The notes beneath the pieces are model-generated. The model saw only the letters and a program-made list of their open reading frames with translations. It was not told where the DNA came from and ran no database searches. From Trichoplax adhaerens (taxonomy: Eukaryota > Animalia > Placozoa): DNA of 64,000 nucleotides. The translations under genes were made by a program, and so were the position numbers. The DNA is taken from contig NW_002060970.1 in NCBI RefSeq assembly GCF_000150275.1, positions 208,197 through 272,196 of the forward strand, given 5' to 3'. Below, piece by piece: positions 49,011 through 61,849 of the stretch; position 1 is the first letter of the stretch; each line of letters starts with the position of its first letter.

Positions 49011-51164
49011 CACAGCCAATTCTCGTATTATTGTATCTTATTATTATACCTAATTTCTGTAAAATGTAGCCCAATTATCAAAGTGATATTGTTGACATAT
49101 TTTAGGCTCATTGCCTTAATTGAAGGATAAAATTGAAATTTAGGAGCATCATACGATTAACGTTAATTTTGAATTGCATTCAATGTACTGTAATAACCAG
49201 ATCGTCTACTGTTTTATCTCTATCGACCGTTATTTAATTGGTATTATATTATTGAAGTTACACTTGATTAATGGCATAGTTAAGCGATGGCTAAAATCCT
49301 TATGTTGATGCATCTATTGATATACATAGCATATACATGTTTTTGGATCTATGTATATGTTTTGCGTTTTGTATTGCTGACACATATTGCTAACTGATGT
49401 CATCTTGCCAACAATTGAAGATATATCGAAAGGCAATCGGTGAAGACCCTTTTTAGATCGTGCTTGAGCTTAAAATGGTTATAAAGTGGATCTTTATTTT
49501 TGTTGCTAACGACGCATTTCATGCCTTTCGCAACAGTTATGTAGGCAGAGACTACTGCGTCGATTCTACATCGTTTCAACCATCTCTGTTTGATAGGAAT
49601 AACACTATTTTTAATGAACACATCTTGCTTTTTCGCTTTATGCTTACGTTTCTACCCTATGAACGCTTATGGTTACTATCCAGTAAAGTAGTTGAGTGAT
49701 AGAGGAGTATGTCAATACTTCTGATCATACTTTGCTGAGATTCATTCTGACATTTTTTTTTTCAACACAAATAGGATGTATGTATGAAAGCTTGATAAAG
49801 TAACAATTCTACGGTAATAAAGACTTGAGCTAAACTAGACATTACTATCGCGAGATTCTATTATCTGCCATATCCATAGGAATGGGTATACTTTAATTGC
49901 AAGTCCTGCCAACACTTTTATAGTCGTACATAGAAACATCTCTACTGCCATTGATCCATTTTAGTAGTCCATGTTCAGCATCGAGGCACATACTGTAACT
50001 GTATCGACTGTCAATGTGTAAGTTAAGTAGTTCCGTGATGATTGCAACTGCTAGATTGTGGTTGCTGTTCCAGCTCATAACTCTAAACTTAACGATGCGA
50101 TAGCAAAGTTAAGCTATGACTTTCGACTAAAACTCTTGCTCTTATGCTTGCCCTACATGCGAGTAATGTATCTTTTTAAAGATGCATCAACGCTTGGATA
50201 GCTACTGTACAAGAGCAAATAGAGCTGTCTAGATTAGACTATTTTCTTAAAACATTTTGAAGAAGACATAAAACCAGTTGTAAGGAACAAAAACTGCTAG
50301 CCTTATGGACAGTTGCTTGTTTTACTTGATAGTATACAGCATGCTAGAAGTCATCAAGCCAGTCTTTACGCATTAACTGATGGGCTACTTTATATTTCAT
50401 TATTCAAAGGCCAAGATACGCCATATATACAGTACTGTACATATATATACACGTACAGTAGTGACAGGGTTGTCCAGCACTAGTACTATATTATGCTGCA
50501 TATACTGCTGCTACGGGTTTAGTAAACCCTAATCACTTCCACATCGATTTCTCCTACACTTGTTCAAACACTAAAGCAGTTTATGTATGGAAGAAGTTCC
50601 ATTTCCATGTCGATTTTTGGCGTACACCTCGCTAAAAACAGCACAGCCCTTTCTAACCTGCTTTCTAATACTCTCTGTATAGAATATGGAGAAGTATAGG
50701 ATAGAGTTCAGCACTGTGTGCAGGTAAAAGAACCTTTTACCTCCATGGTCTATCTATCTATCCCTGGGATCAAGATGGATAGGATCAATTCGATGAAACT
50801 CTATTAAACAAGTAATTGTTGCCTGTAGCTCAATCTCCATATTGATCCGCCATTGAAAGCGGCAGAAAAATTGCATCAATGCCTTTTTGAAGCTAAACCA
50901 CTCAACTGGATTCCTACTACTAGAAGATGACTGTCGTGTCCACTCTGTTTTGGACACTTAGGTATTGCAACCCAAATCAACATGGCCGCCGCAACACCAG
51001 CTGACTCCGTCTCTGAGACACAGTACAGTACCAGAGACCCTAGAATACAGTATACTGTACTGTAAGGTCTTGAGCTATGGATTGTAGCAGCAGCAAGCCA
51101 TTAACGCAATAACTTCCAACTCTGTTGTGGCGCGTTGGCAGAAGGAAAGGGAAGCCTGTTGTAG

Positions 51165-54100
51165 CTAAAATTATCATCACAACATCGATTTAAAGGCAAG
51201 GTAAGAGAGTAGATTAGCCATTGGATGCCATAGGAAGATATTGGCACATGATAGTATGCTTAAAGCAAGACTGTTTCTTCATGAGTTGACTTTGTGCTGG
51301 CGCTAAAACAATTCATCAGAGAGGATATGAATGTCCAAGATAAAATGGAAACTCCATTGTCTCCAACGGATCTTTGCAAGCCTTACGCTGTTGTTGCTGA
51401 ATTACCTTATCCTGTAAGCGATGACCATGCTCTTCCTTTTCACGATCATCGCTACACAGTAAAGATGGAGTGAGAGAGTAGAGTCTATGGCTCAAATTCA
51501 ATCGATAGGCAATTGTTACAGTACAGGACTTGGCATTCTTGCAATGCCATCGAGCGATATCTACTAGGAAATCTTGGGATAGATTGTCTTGGCCCAAAAT
51601 CATAAAATGCATCCTTTTATTTCTTTCTAGGATCATAATTATGGCCAGAAACAACCTGTACGACAACAAACTTCACCACAAGCGTCAGATACTGGTGTCA
51701 CAAGGTGTATATGGTAAGTTGGACAAGAAATAATTCAACATGAATTCCATCCAAGAATGCCATTCATCAATGTTATTGGCATTTCTATCGAAATGCATAT
51801 AGGAATCATACTCTCGACTACACTAATTCAATGACAAGATGACGGCTACATTGATGATCAATCAATAGCCTATTTTATATATTTAAATCCATCGCCATTC
51901 ATGCTTAATCCAATGATTGATTGCCTTTTTTTAGTGGTATGGAACACGATGATGGCTACATGATCTGTTGTGATAAATGCGGGTAAAGTACTTTCTAGTA
52001 GTTGGTACTTATGATGCAATAGCTTACACCAATGAAGCATGCTATTAATAGATCGTTATAACTTGATTTTGGATATGATAGTGTTTGGCAACATTTATTA
52101 TGTATGGGAATCCATAGTGATGACATACCTGAACTTTACTTTTGTGAACAATGCCATCCTAGGTAAGACCATCAATATGTATCATTGCTAATACTGATGC
52201 CTTAGTATCAACTAGAATTGAACGATATTCCATTACTATGTAACTATAATGTAGGCCTGTTGATGCTGAGCGTGCTAAAGTAGCACAGTTGAAAAAGTTA
52301 GAAGAAATGAAAGGTTGGTATGCCTTACTCATGACGACAGCTGAGCGATCACCGTTATCAAGTTATACTCTCAAATTATCAGTGTTATAGTATACGTAGT
52401 TTTAAAAATGATGCTCATTAAAGTAAGCTTGACATTCCTGTTACATTTATCGATTCACATTTACTATAGAAGAAGATGCAGAAGACGATGATGACGATGA
52501 TGGCGATCATAAGAAGGGCATGATAGATCTGAAAAAGAAGAAACAGACAAAAGGCAAGCAGCCTAAACTAAAGGTAAAAACTGAAATCAGTTATGACACT
52601 AAGTTTTCGTTGCTAAAAAATGTTGCAATAAAATCAACTAATTCTTCTATGTAATTAAAAATGTTATCCACATAGCCTCAGGGAATTCAGAAACGAAGCA
52701 AATTAAAGGTAGTACAGTTGCTTTTTTTTATCAATCTTATAAACACTTTAATTGGTAATATTACAATTCAACATTAAATGTTATCTATTTATTATCGCAA
52801 TAGGAACATTCAACCAGTGAAAGTAAGATCAATATTTTTATGTATAAAACTCACCATACAATTCTAAAGCGAATGATATTTTTCGCAGTTGTCTATATTT
52901 ATGTTTAAATCCATTTGCGCTTCACTTAATATAATTGTAATTATATGATGATAGATCCTTATCTCGTTGCCAAGCAAAAGTGGAGAAATTATTATAGGTA
53001 TTGACAGTTAGTCCATTTCCTCATTCATTTAATTTAAATTATTATCGTGTTGTAGGCCTTATTTTTGAAAATGTTTTATTAGGAAAAAATATGAGTTGAC
53101 TGATGAATCCAAATACGATCAAAATTTATTAGAAACTCCAATTTTCTACCGAAATGTAAGCATCTCCTGCTTAATTCGTCTATAGTATGAAATAATAAAA
53201 TGATTACCGAATAAGTGTAATTTTTTCTTTATTGTATAAACTGCTGCAATGTTGAAAACTGTTTGCACTGATGTATCTGCTTAATGTATAGTCCATTTCC
53301 AAAGATTCGTTAAAATTCCTGGATGAAGTGACTATCGCCGCATCGATTGGAAAACATATGAAGGTTAATATTCTTAGCTTGCCTAAGATCATCACTATCT
53401 TTTTAATAATAATCCCTCTCTTGTTGACTTGACTGTGTTTTAATTTCTATGTCGTTCATCGACTTCCTGCTAGGCCTTATTTGCTAATCGAGATATTCTG
53501 CAAGAGCAAATTGTTATCGTATATCAGGTATACCGTATAGGGCATATGACATGTCTTTAATATAATGTATCAACTACTTGTCAGGTAATATCGTTCGTTG
53601 CCTTTTGTACTTACTGAAACCCAACTTTTTTACAGGGTCATTACTATTCAGAAAAAAAATTTAAAGAAGCGAACTCCGAATTAATCGGGTAGCGTAATAA
53701 TTTTAACGGTTATTTTTATTCCTATCCCTACTGATAGAATTTACGCTGTTATATTTCCTTAGAGCTTGTCCCTTTATCTTAACCTACGCGCTTGACGAGA
53801 GTGAAAATGATATTAGTATTGATCTAAGGTAAGAGATGTTAGAAATATTTGACAAGGGTATCACAAATTGACATCCAAGAAAAGATGCTTTAACAAAATT
53901 TTTTGTTAATGCTAGAAAATACTCCAATAAAGCTCGATTCATTCGTCGATCCTGTCGTCCGAATTGTGAGGTAGTAACGCTTAATTATCTTGAACAGTCT
54001 TAATTGTAATGATATCGCTGAGGTTTGCAATGGAGTTTTTGACCTTATATTTTAATCTTTGTAATAGCTATATCCTATGGTTATCGATAATCAAATTCAT

Positions 54101-57100
54101 ATTTGTGCTTACGCAACTCAACCCATCAAAGATAAAACAGAAATTACAATTCCTTTCGATTTTGATTTTAGCCATTGGTAATAATAACAATAGCTGCTAT
54201 GTTTGAATCCTGCCTGTTTAGTCTCTGTGATTCATGCTTGTATTATAAATCATTATGATTCGACAGTTTGTACGTGGATTGTGCTTGCGATACTAATCAA
54301 TGCAAGATACGAGAAACGCTAAGAAGCAAGTCTCAAGATGTTATAATTTCGTAAGTAGATCCTATTATGTACAGTATAGGAGAATATATGAAGATATTTT
54401 AATTGCGGTCAAACACTTTCTATTCGTAATAGTTGATTTTAAAATAGATAAACACAATCTTATTAGTTGTATTCGCATACGTTGACGAGTATTATTTTCC
54501 GGTTAGACAATGAATCTTAATAACGTAATGTACCCTACGCATTCTTTTATATAGAACCAGTAGTTATGATACAATAATATATGTAACATATAATTCTCGG
54601 TATATTATTGTGGGCAGTATGTAATGCACAACTAAAAAGTAATAAGGAGTATGCTTTCTTTTTATTATTTCAGTACAAAGAATAATTTTAATGGTCTTAT
54701 AGCGATTAGTTTAAGCTGAAATACTTTCTTAATTAGTCGATTACTGTATAACTGATATACTTGTTTTTATTACAATATCATTTTGTGCCTGTACGTCTAC
54801 TCAATTGTCCAAATTTTAAGTTCTATATAATTATATTATTAACGTACCTGTTCGCACTTGCCAATATTGCAGTCCGGACAGACCCATTCCTAAACGAGCA
54901 CAGACATCAATTGATGAAGACACTTCGGATATGTATCAAATTAAGAGGAAAAAGGTATGTTTAGTACAAATAAGAAGTGTATCATGACAACCGGATAAGA
55001 TACTGATCTATTACGTTTTCTATAGAGAACATCAGTGGAATCAGAATCTACTGATGATGTCGAAATCACAGTAGACGTTGATGGTATTAGTTCTGCTGAT
55101 TCTTCTGCTGTACCTTGCAAACCAAAGAAATTGGTAATGTTCCCTTTCATTGAAAAAGTATGAAAACTATCTTAGAAATTAAATTGATAAATTTTCTTAA
55201 ATAGTCAAGAGAAGAAATGAAGATTGCAGCAATTGTTCAGGTAAGATGAGAATGACGGAGAGTGAATGAAAGATGCTATACTAATCCTGGCATTGCTATG
55301 TAGGCATTCGAAAGGATGGAAAAGGGCGAGAAAAGGAAAAGACGCGAAAGCAAGTAAGTATTATAGTTGTCGTATTTAGCAGATACCTAGAAACGATTTG
55401 TAAGCGTTAGTTATAATGACATTAACAAAGGGGTAATGAAGCTGGACAAAGCGGCAACGATGATGAAGAAGTTAGCATTAAATTAAAACGGAGGTGAAGA
55501 ATAAAGAATAGTTTATAGATGGTAGCGGTTTGTTTTTTTCCGATTGTTTGGGATTTCGATAACTTAGAACGCCTTATCTTATTTGTATAGTAAGGGCGCT
55601 TGTGCATTTAGATCTCGGTCACATAGTCGGTAAGTGATATGATTCGACATTGGATGAATTATGTGTGAATAGTTTGAATGAAGAATTACTCCTATTGGTA
55701 TAGGACTAATGCAACGTCCGACATGTCTGATGCAACTTCAACTACTTCTACCGCGCCTACATCTCCAACGGAATCAGCACCATTTTTATATGATGATATC
55801 TATGCAGTAGCCTTAACGGAGACAAAACAAAATCTTGTGGATTGTGGTATTTCCGTCGATACTGAAATACCCCCGAGAAAGGTATTACTTCTTTGATAAT
55901 TTTAAGTTAATCACTCAAGTTTTCCCTGTCACAATACTGAAGTTATATTTACTGCTATTAGCGATTACTACTGGAATATCAAGAGGTTACGAAGGGAAAA
56001 GACAATAAGGAAAATGGTGATAATATCATCAATGTTATGAAAGATCTTAGCGATGGCTATGGTTGTTACAAGAAGGTTTGGCGATCAATTTTTTAGATGT
56101 GATGTTATGATTTTATTAACTTGTGAACGACAACTCTCTTGACTACTGCTATTCTACTATGTATATTGTAGAGGTGGATATTAACAAGAAAATTGGAGGA
56201 TTACTTGAACTCGTCAAGCAAGCTAGCAGACTGTTCGAATCAAAGCGATACATATAATCGTTCTCCAGATAGTGAGTAGTTTATATTACCACAACAGGAT
56301 AGCGTTTGTTGATATCACTATCTTGGTTTAAAGCAAAATGCTTGGAATGAATAGTGATAAATTTTTTTTCAGCTTTCCCAATTATTAAACGAAGAGCTGA
56401 TTACAAGCCTTCTCAAACTAAGAAAATCGATCCTTTGCCATTTAGGAAAAGACCCTATTATCGTAATTTAAAGATTCCTCCTAAAATTGAATTGACTGCG
56501 GCTACTCCATCTACGTATGTCTTTGTCCTGGAAAACTAACATGCATTAAACTTTAAATTTAAGAGTTAACAATTTAGTAATGAAACTTACACTTTTATAT
56601 AAAATAAAGCGCTACACCATCTCAAACATCATCTTCCGGACGAAGGAAGGTACTGAATGAATAATATGTTATCTCTAGTTAAAATTAGTTCTTCTTGGTA
56701 AGGTTTACTTGCTAATGATGATAAAATTATTTACCGTAAAATGAATCGATTTATTAGGTTAGCCTTCTTGAATATCGTAATCGAAGAATCAATGCTGATT
56801 CCAGAAGAGTATCTGAAGCTGGATCGAATTCCTCAACTCCAATTTCAACACCTACGACTTCGTTTAATTCTCCATTCTTTAAACAAACTGGCAGTCCATT
56901 TGAACCGGTCAGCCCAGTTGGATCCCCATCAGTTGGTGGTACTAGCGGGTAACAGGATATGCTGTAGTATTTAGTTTCTAGCGATTACGGATTTTTGAGC
57001 ATATTCAATTGTGTACGGTTTTTATTAATTATTTGTGTCGCAACTGTATCAGAATAGTATATACCTGTGCAAGGTTTAGTAATTGTAAGATAAATGTATT

Positions 57101-57272
57101 TGTGCTGTTAGGATATCCTTTAAATTACCTCAGGGTCATTCGCGAAACTTAAGTGTCGGAGGAAACAAAAGTAATGCTAGGTACAATATACAATTTCATT
57201 TCGATGCGCATATTAATGCACACCTTTTCGGTTTTCTTAATTATTAGGTCGTTCTCCTCTCCCTTAACCTAA
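51165..57272 (+). CDS. KMT2E: KMT2E/MLL5 (SETD5/UpSET/Set3 family) PHD plus catalytically inactive SET protein; start codon unresolved
   Basis: DHNY HCF-1-binding motif (51631-51642). PHD finger [31 protein letters not shown]...[12 protein letters not shown] with [15 protein letters not shown] (~53927-53970) and EITIPFDFD. Family motif [12 protein letters not shown] (~56640-56790). Many short exons, last exon 57248-57272. The 5' coding exon(s) upstream of 51631 are uncertain, with candidate ATGs at 50686 and 50982. Confidence 0.88.
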
Positions 57273-58028
57273 GGCGGAATCGCTTGATTTTGTCTTCATT
57301 TACTGTTGTATACTGGAGTATTGCTGATTGCAATTTTATGAATTTCCGTTTTTAATGTATAAAAAATTTCTTTCTGTTTTCACGTGGCTTTGTTTCTAAA
57401 AATTCCTTTAAATCTCTTCTTGTAATATTTGCAACTGTATCCGAAAATGTTGAATGTACGGAATATCGTGATCAACTTGGCAATAATGTAAAAATTACAA
57501 TTGCAATTTCTATTCATGAAAGAATCAGAATTAGCGTGATGCTAATAACAGTTATTAACATATTTGCAAAAGAATAGAAGATGCTCGCAATTCTTGTAAA
57601 ATAGACAATAGATTGTAGCTAATGACACTCAGCTCCATATGAGTATTTCGTCCATCACATCAAGAATTTTTTTGTACATTCAGAATTTTGAAGATTTAGC
57701 TTGCTTTATTTCAAAATATTAAAATTTTTCACAACCAACTTACAATGGTATTACCTGACAATAATAGGTTTGCAATAAAGAGAATGCTTACAAAACCTGT
57801 TACTGTATAAATTACAGTTAATAATAATAGCTATAAGAAGATCTTTGGGTATATCGTAGCCAAACCAATTGCTATTTGGTATTTACGCGAGACTGCCCAA
57901 CTTATGTGGTTCACAAAATGGCGTTAATGTTAGAATAATCCATCAATCGCTAGTTGAACTGAAGTAAATGGGCAAATTTCCAGAAGTCGAATATTGTTCA
58001 GTGCAGTAGTCTTGAGACAGTAACTATT

Positions 58029-60804
58029 TTAGAACGATTTCTAGAACAAAATGGAAGAATATTGTACGAATTAATTTGTGCAGAATGCGTCTAAATTACA
58101 TAGCAAATATGTCATTAGTAATATACATACGAGTTTATAGCTATCGACGCATTTACTGAAGGCCTGTACTTCTTTCGAACATATTAACGGCTTGGAATTA
58201 TTTTTACTTAAGCATTCTACGAGTGCATCTTGTAAATCTTGACAAACACCTACATTGATGGGCTCCCTATTTTCAAAAAAAATTTTTTATAACACAATCA
58301 ATTCCATTGTACTGTAGTAACGGTAAGCCTAGTTAGAATATTTTTAGTCCCTTTAATCAAAGTAAAAATTAAAAGACTTTTTAATCCTAATTGATATTGT
58401 GAGATTGTTAGAACAACTAAAATCATCACAAGTGCATATTTGATAATCTCGAAGGCTTGAATATAAAGCTAAACATACATGGTACTACAATATTTGTATC
58501 ATTATGTCATACTATCAATCCACTATACAGATTAATACAGTATAATTACAATCGTAACATGGAATGTACATAATTACTGTATACGCTGGAATTGTTGTAA
58601 CTATTAGATATTAGTTGTTAATCACGAATAATATGGCTGTCGCAACGGCAGTCAGTCCTTACTTAAATTTTTGACCAAATTCTTCCGCTGCTTTATTAAA
58701 TTCTTCCTCTGTTACCTTCTTTTCAACCTCGGCCTATCAACATAATTGCGAAAAATTATAGCTCTATCAGTTGCCAGTACATGTATTTGAGGGAATAGCT
58801 GCAACACAATTAGTAGATATATCTGATCTATATTGCCAACTTAAACTAATTTAATGTTATCCTAGCCGGTATTGAAATGATTATTGAAGTATGCTGATTA
58901 TATGTGAAGGCGAGGGATCAAAACTGTTGTGGAATTAACCCCTGAGATTGAAAGTCTACATGTTAACAACGATCATCTACATTGACGAAGCTAACCTAGT
59001 ATCAACTCGAGCACATCTAAGTTTGCATTCTACTACTTTCTTAATAGAAATATGATAGCAGCGTCTCTTCTTTCATACCTCTTGCTTTAATTTATCCACT
59101 TCTTCCTGCCAATTAGCATTTAACTCTGATATCTCTTGAAATTTCATTCTTTCCATTCGTTCATTTTCATGCCGCATGCCCTAGTTATTGTTTTATCAAA
59201 TAATAATTTCACCATCAAATTTGAGCACGGAATTGACTATTAACAATAATCGTAATATCATAATATCTAAGCCAAGCTGAGCATTTGTGAAATACGAATT
59301 TTTCAGCATAGTTACGAACACGATGGCATAATCGATAGTAGAAACAGCTACTGTACTTTAAATTTGGTCAATATTAAAGTTATAATGGCAAAAATATTTC
59401 CATCAATAAAATGAAGCATTTTAAGCAATTAAACAGTTCTATTTCATGTATGGCTTAATTTTCAAGCTACAGCTTTGTATTTTCTTTATTTACCTCCGTA
59501 TAAGCCTTGTGCATTAATTTCTTAACTTTATCATTTTGAGCTAAATCTTCGATACGGTTGGAATCTTGATGGTTGATTTATTGAAAATACCAGGCAACAT
59601 CCAGGAATGATATCGAAAAGAGGCGTTAGTTCGTATCAACGTTAACATAGTATACATTTCCCGACGAAAACTCGTTATTGTACTGCATATATTTCTTATT
59701 GAAGAGAAGTCATATTTTAATACTATAGTGTCAAGTTGAGAATTTACATGTTGTAGAGGTGCGTAGAGGTCATCAATATGACTAATGTGCACCATGGACT
59801 ACTAGAAATTGTACCGATATAATTTCTAACAGTTCATAGGTGTACAAAATGATAGCAAGCAAAAGATTCTACAATAATTTCAGCTTACCTTGCGCTGATG
59901 TATTTGATAACTGTTCCAGAGCTTTCTGTGATAGCTAAAATATAGAATGAGAATAATCTCAGAAACAGCTTACAGAATGAAGAAATGGGGAGGCTTAACC
60001 TACACAGCGATAGACATATCTTTCCATACCTGAGCAGTGAGTACTCGAAGACTATACAGGTATTCTCAGTATAAAATATATTATTAGTTATGTGTTATAG
60101 CGCTACTGCAACTGGTGATAATAAGGAACATTTCATATTGAAAGATTATGATATCTGTCTAGTATAACAGGCCCAAGAATAATTCATCGACACTCTTTAT
60201 AGTATTTACAGGAGAAAGGTCTATTGAACAGGAGTAAATTCTTTCTTATCAACAGATTGCACCATAGCGATGGCAATCCTTTCTACTACCCCCTAACCGC
60301 TCATCTATATTACTGAAAGCATATTCAATACGGTATAACAACAGCTAACAACAATATCAAGAAGATTCCATTTTAACACGCTATAACATTGAATTGATAC
60401 AGCGAAGTCCAGCAATTATAAACTATCCACATAGTAATGGTTGGGAGAGAAAGTCTACCTATTCTTTATTCGCATTGCTGTTTACTTCAACTTATGCATC
60501 ACTCTATACAACACTTGATAATAACGACAATATGACTCCTTTCATGACAGTCTTAACGGTATTTAATGTCCATAAATCATAGTAGAAAACCACTAGACTA
60601 AAGCGATCTAGCTAATTCATCACTACAATAACAAATAGCACTATACGAAGCGATTGCAGGATTGCTAATGTTCATTTCTGCTATTCTAGTTTGCAGCAAA
60701 ATGTCCAAAGCTGTGAACATCCTCTTACAACATACCACAAAAACGCCACCATCAGGCTGCTTTTCGAAAGTTACACGCTGTTCTTGAGATTGCCCAGCAC
60801 CCAT
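58029..60804 (-). CDS. CHCHD3: MICOS subunit Mic19/Mic25 (CHCHD3/CHCHD6 family)
   Basis: N-myristoylation start MGAGQSQEQRVTFE (60804-60736). Coiled-coil exons at ~59934-59889, 59540-59494, 59180-59079 and 58733-58663 (TEEEFNKAAEE). Twin CX9C (CQDLQDALVEC ... CSKEVQAFSKC) in ~58266-58131. Last exon KSF* ends at 58029. Confidence 0.88.
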
Positions 60805-61825
60805 TTCGCTGTGCTGGACAGTAGACCGCAATTAAATCCTCAATTTGATCAAGGAAAGGAATAATATTTCTACTCTAATAGGATGATCAAGATGGAGGCA
60901 AGCTCTCTACCAGGTCGAAGGAGGTTGTGGAAACGAAGCTGCCACTACTTGAGAAGCCAACCTCAACCTTTTACCGTGACGAAATTATACTGCTCTACTA
61001 TGGACTTTTGTATCATGTTCCAGTATCGATACTTGACGTATATAGGCCATCTCCTGCAGTTATCATGGCTATACCAACTTGATGCATTCATCCTTTATAG
61101 CTCTACTATAAGCTACTAGCCATGTTTTGGTATCAATACTTCAGATTGACTGATAGGCAACAGGGCGGTCTACTCGATCTTCCTTGTTCCCTTGTCCGAG
61201 CGTCCAATCGTCCAAAAACTGCAAGCTGGTGGAAACAGGAGTACTGTATTGCAATCCATACGGTACCTGACAATAGTTCAATCACTATAGAATAGCGTAG
61301 GCTAAGTTCCTTATAGATGAATAAGCTCAAGATTGGGTTAACTAACTATCATTATTTATTGTTAATTGTGAATTAGATTTAGAATAAAGCAAAAACAAGC
61401 AAATAAAACGAGTAGAAGCTCATCTTTGTACATTTAAGATCATAATTATACTGTAGACTAACGTGAAACGAATTGAAGCGGTATCGAAAAGCCCAATAAT
61501 TATATTTAATTCGGTGTATTATTAGTAATGGTAGATAACTAGTTATTAGTTCTAATTTATCATTATATAACTATGACAATATTAAAGGTCACATAATCAA
61601 TTGCAAAAGCAAATCCATTTGTATATAGAAATAAAATTTAGACTAAGTAACAAGCTATCAGTTCTGATTGATCATTAAAAAGAAGTATACCGGTATTCAA
61701 GATCATTCAATCAAGAGCTTTAGATATAATGCAGCTAGATAGGGTTATCGGCAGCTAAATGGACACATTGGCCGGTATATATATTATAACAATTCCCGTT
61801 CATTGTGAATCAATATAGACAATCA

Positions 61826-61849
61826 TATATATATATATATATATATATA
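61826..61849. repeat. (AT)n microsatellite
   Basis: Run of about 12 AT units, with a second shorter run near 62169-62185. Confidence 0.9.

Noticed and set aside
47107-60804. Functional mitochondrial gene cluster (TIM17 plus MIC19)
   Set aside because: Only two genes, on opposite strands and separated by KMT2E, with no shared promoter. Chance or ancestral linkage is sufficient.
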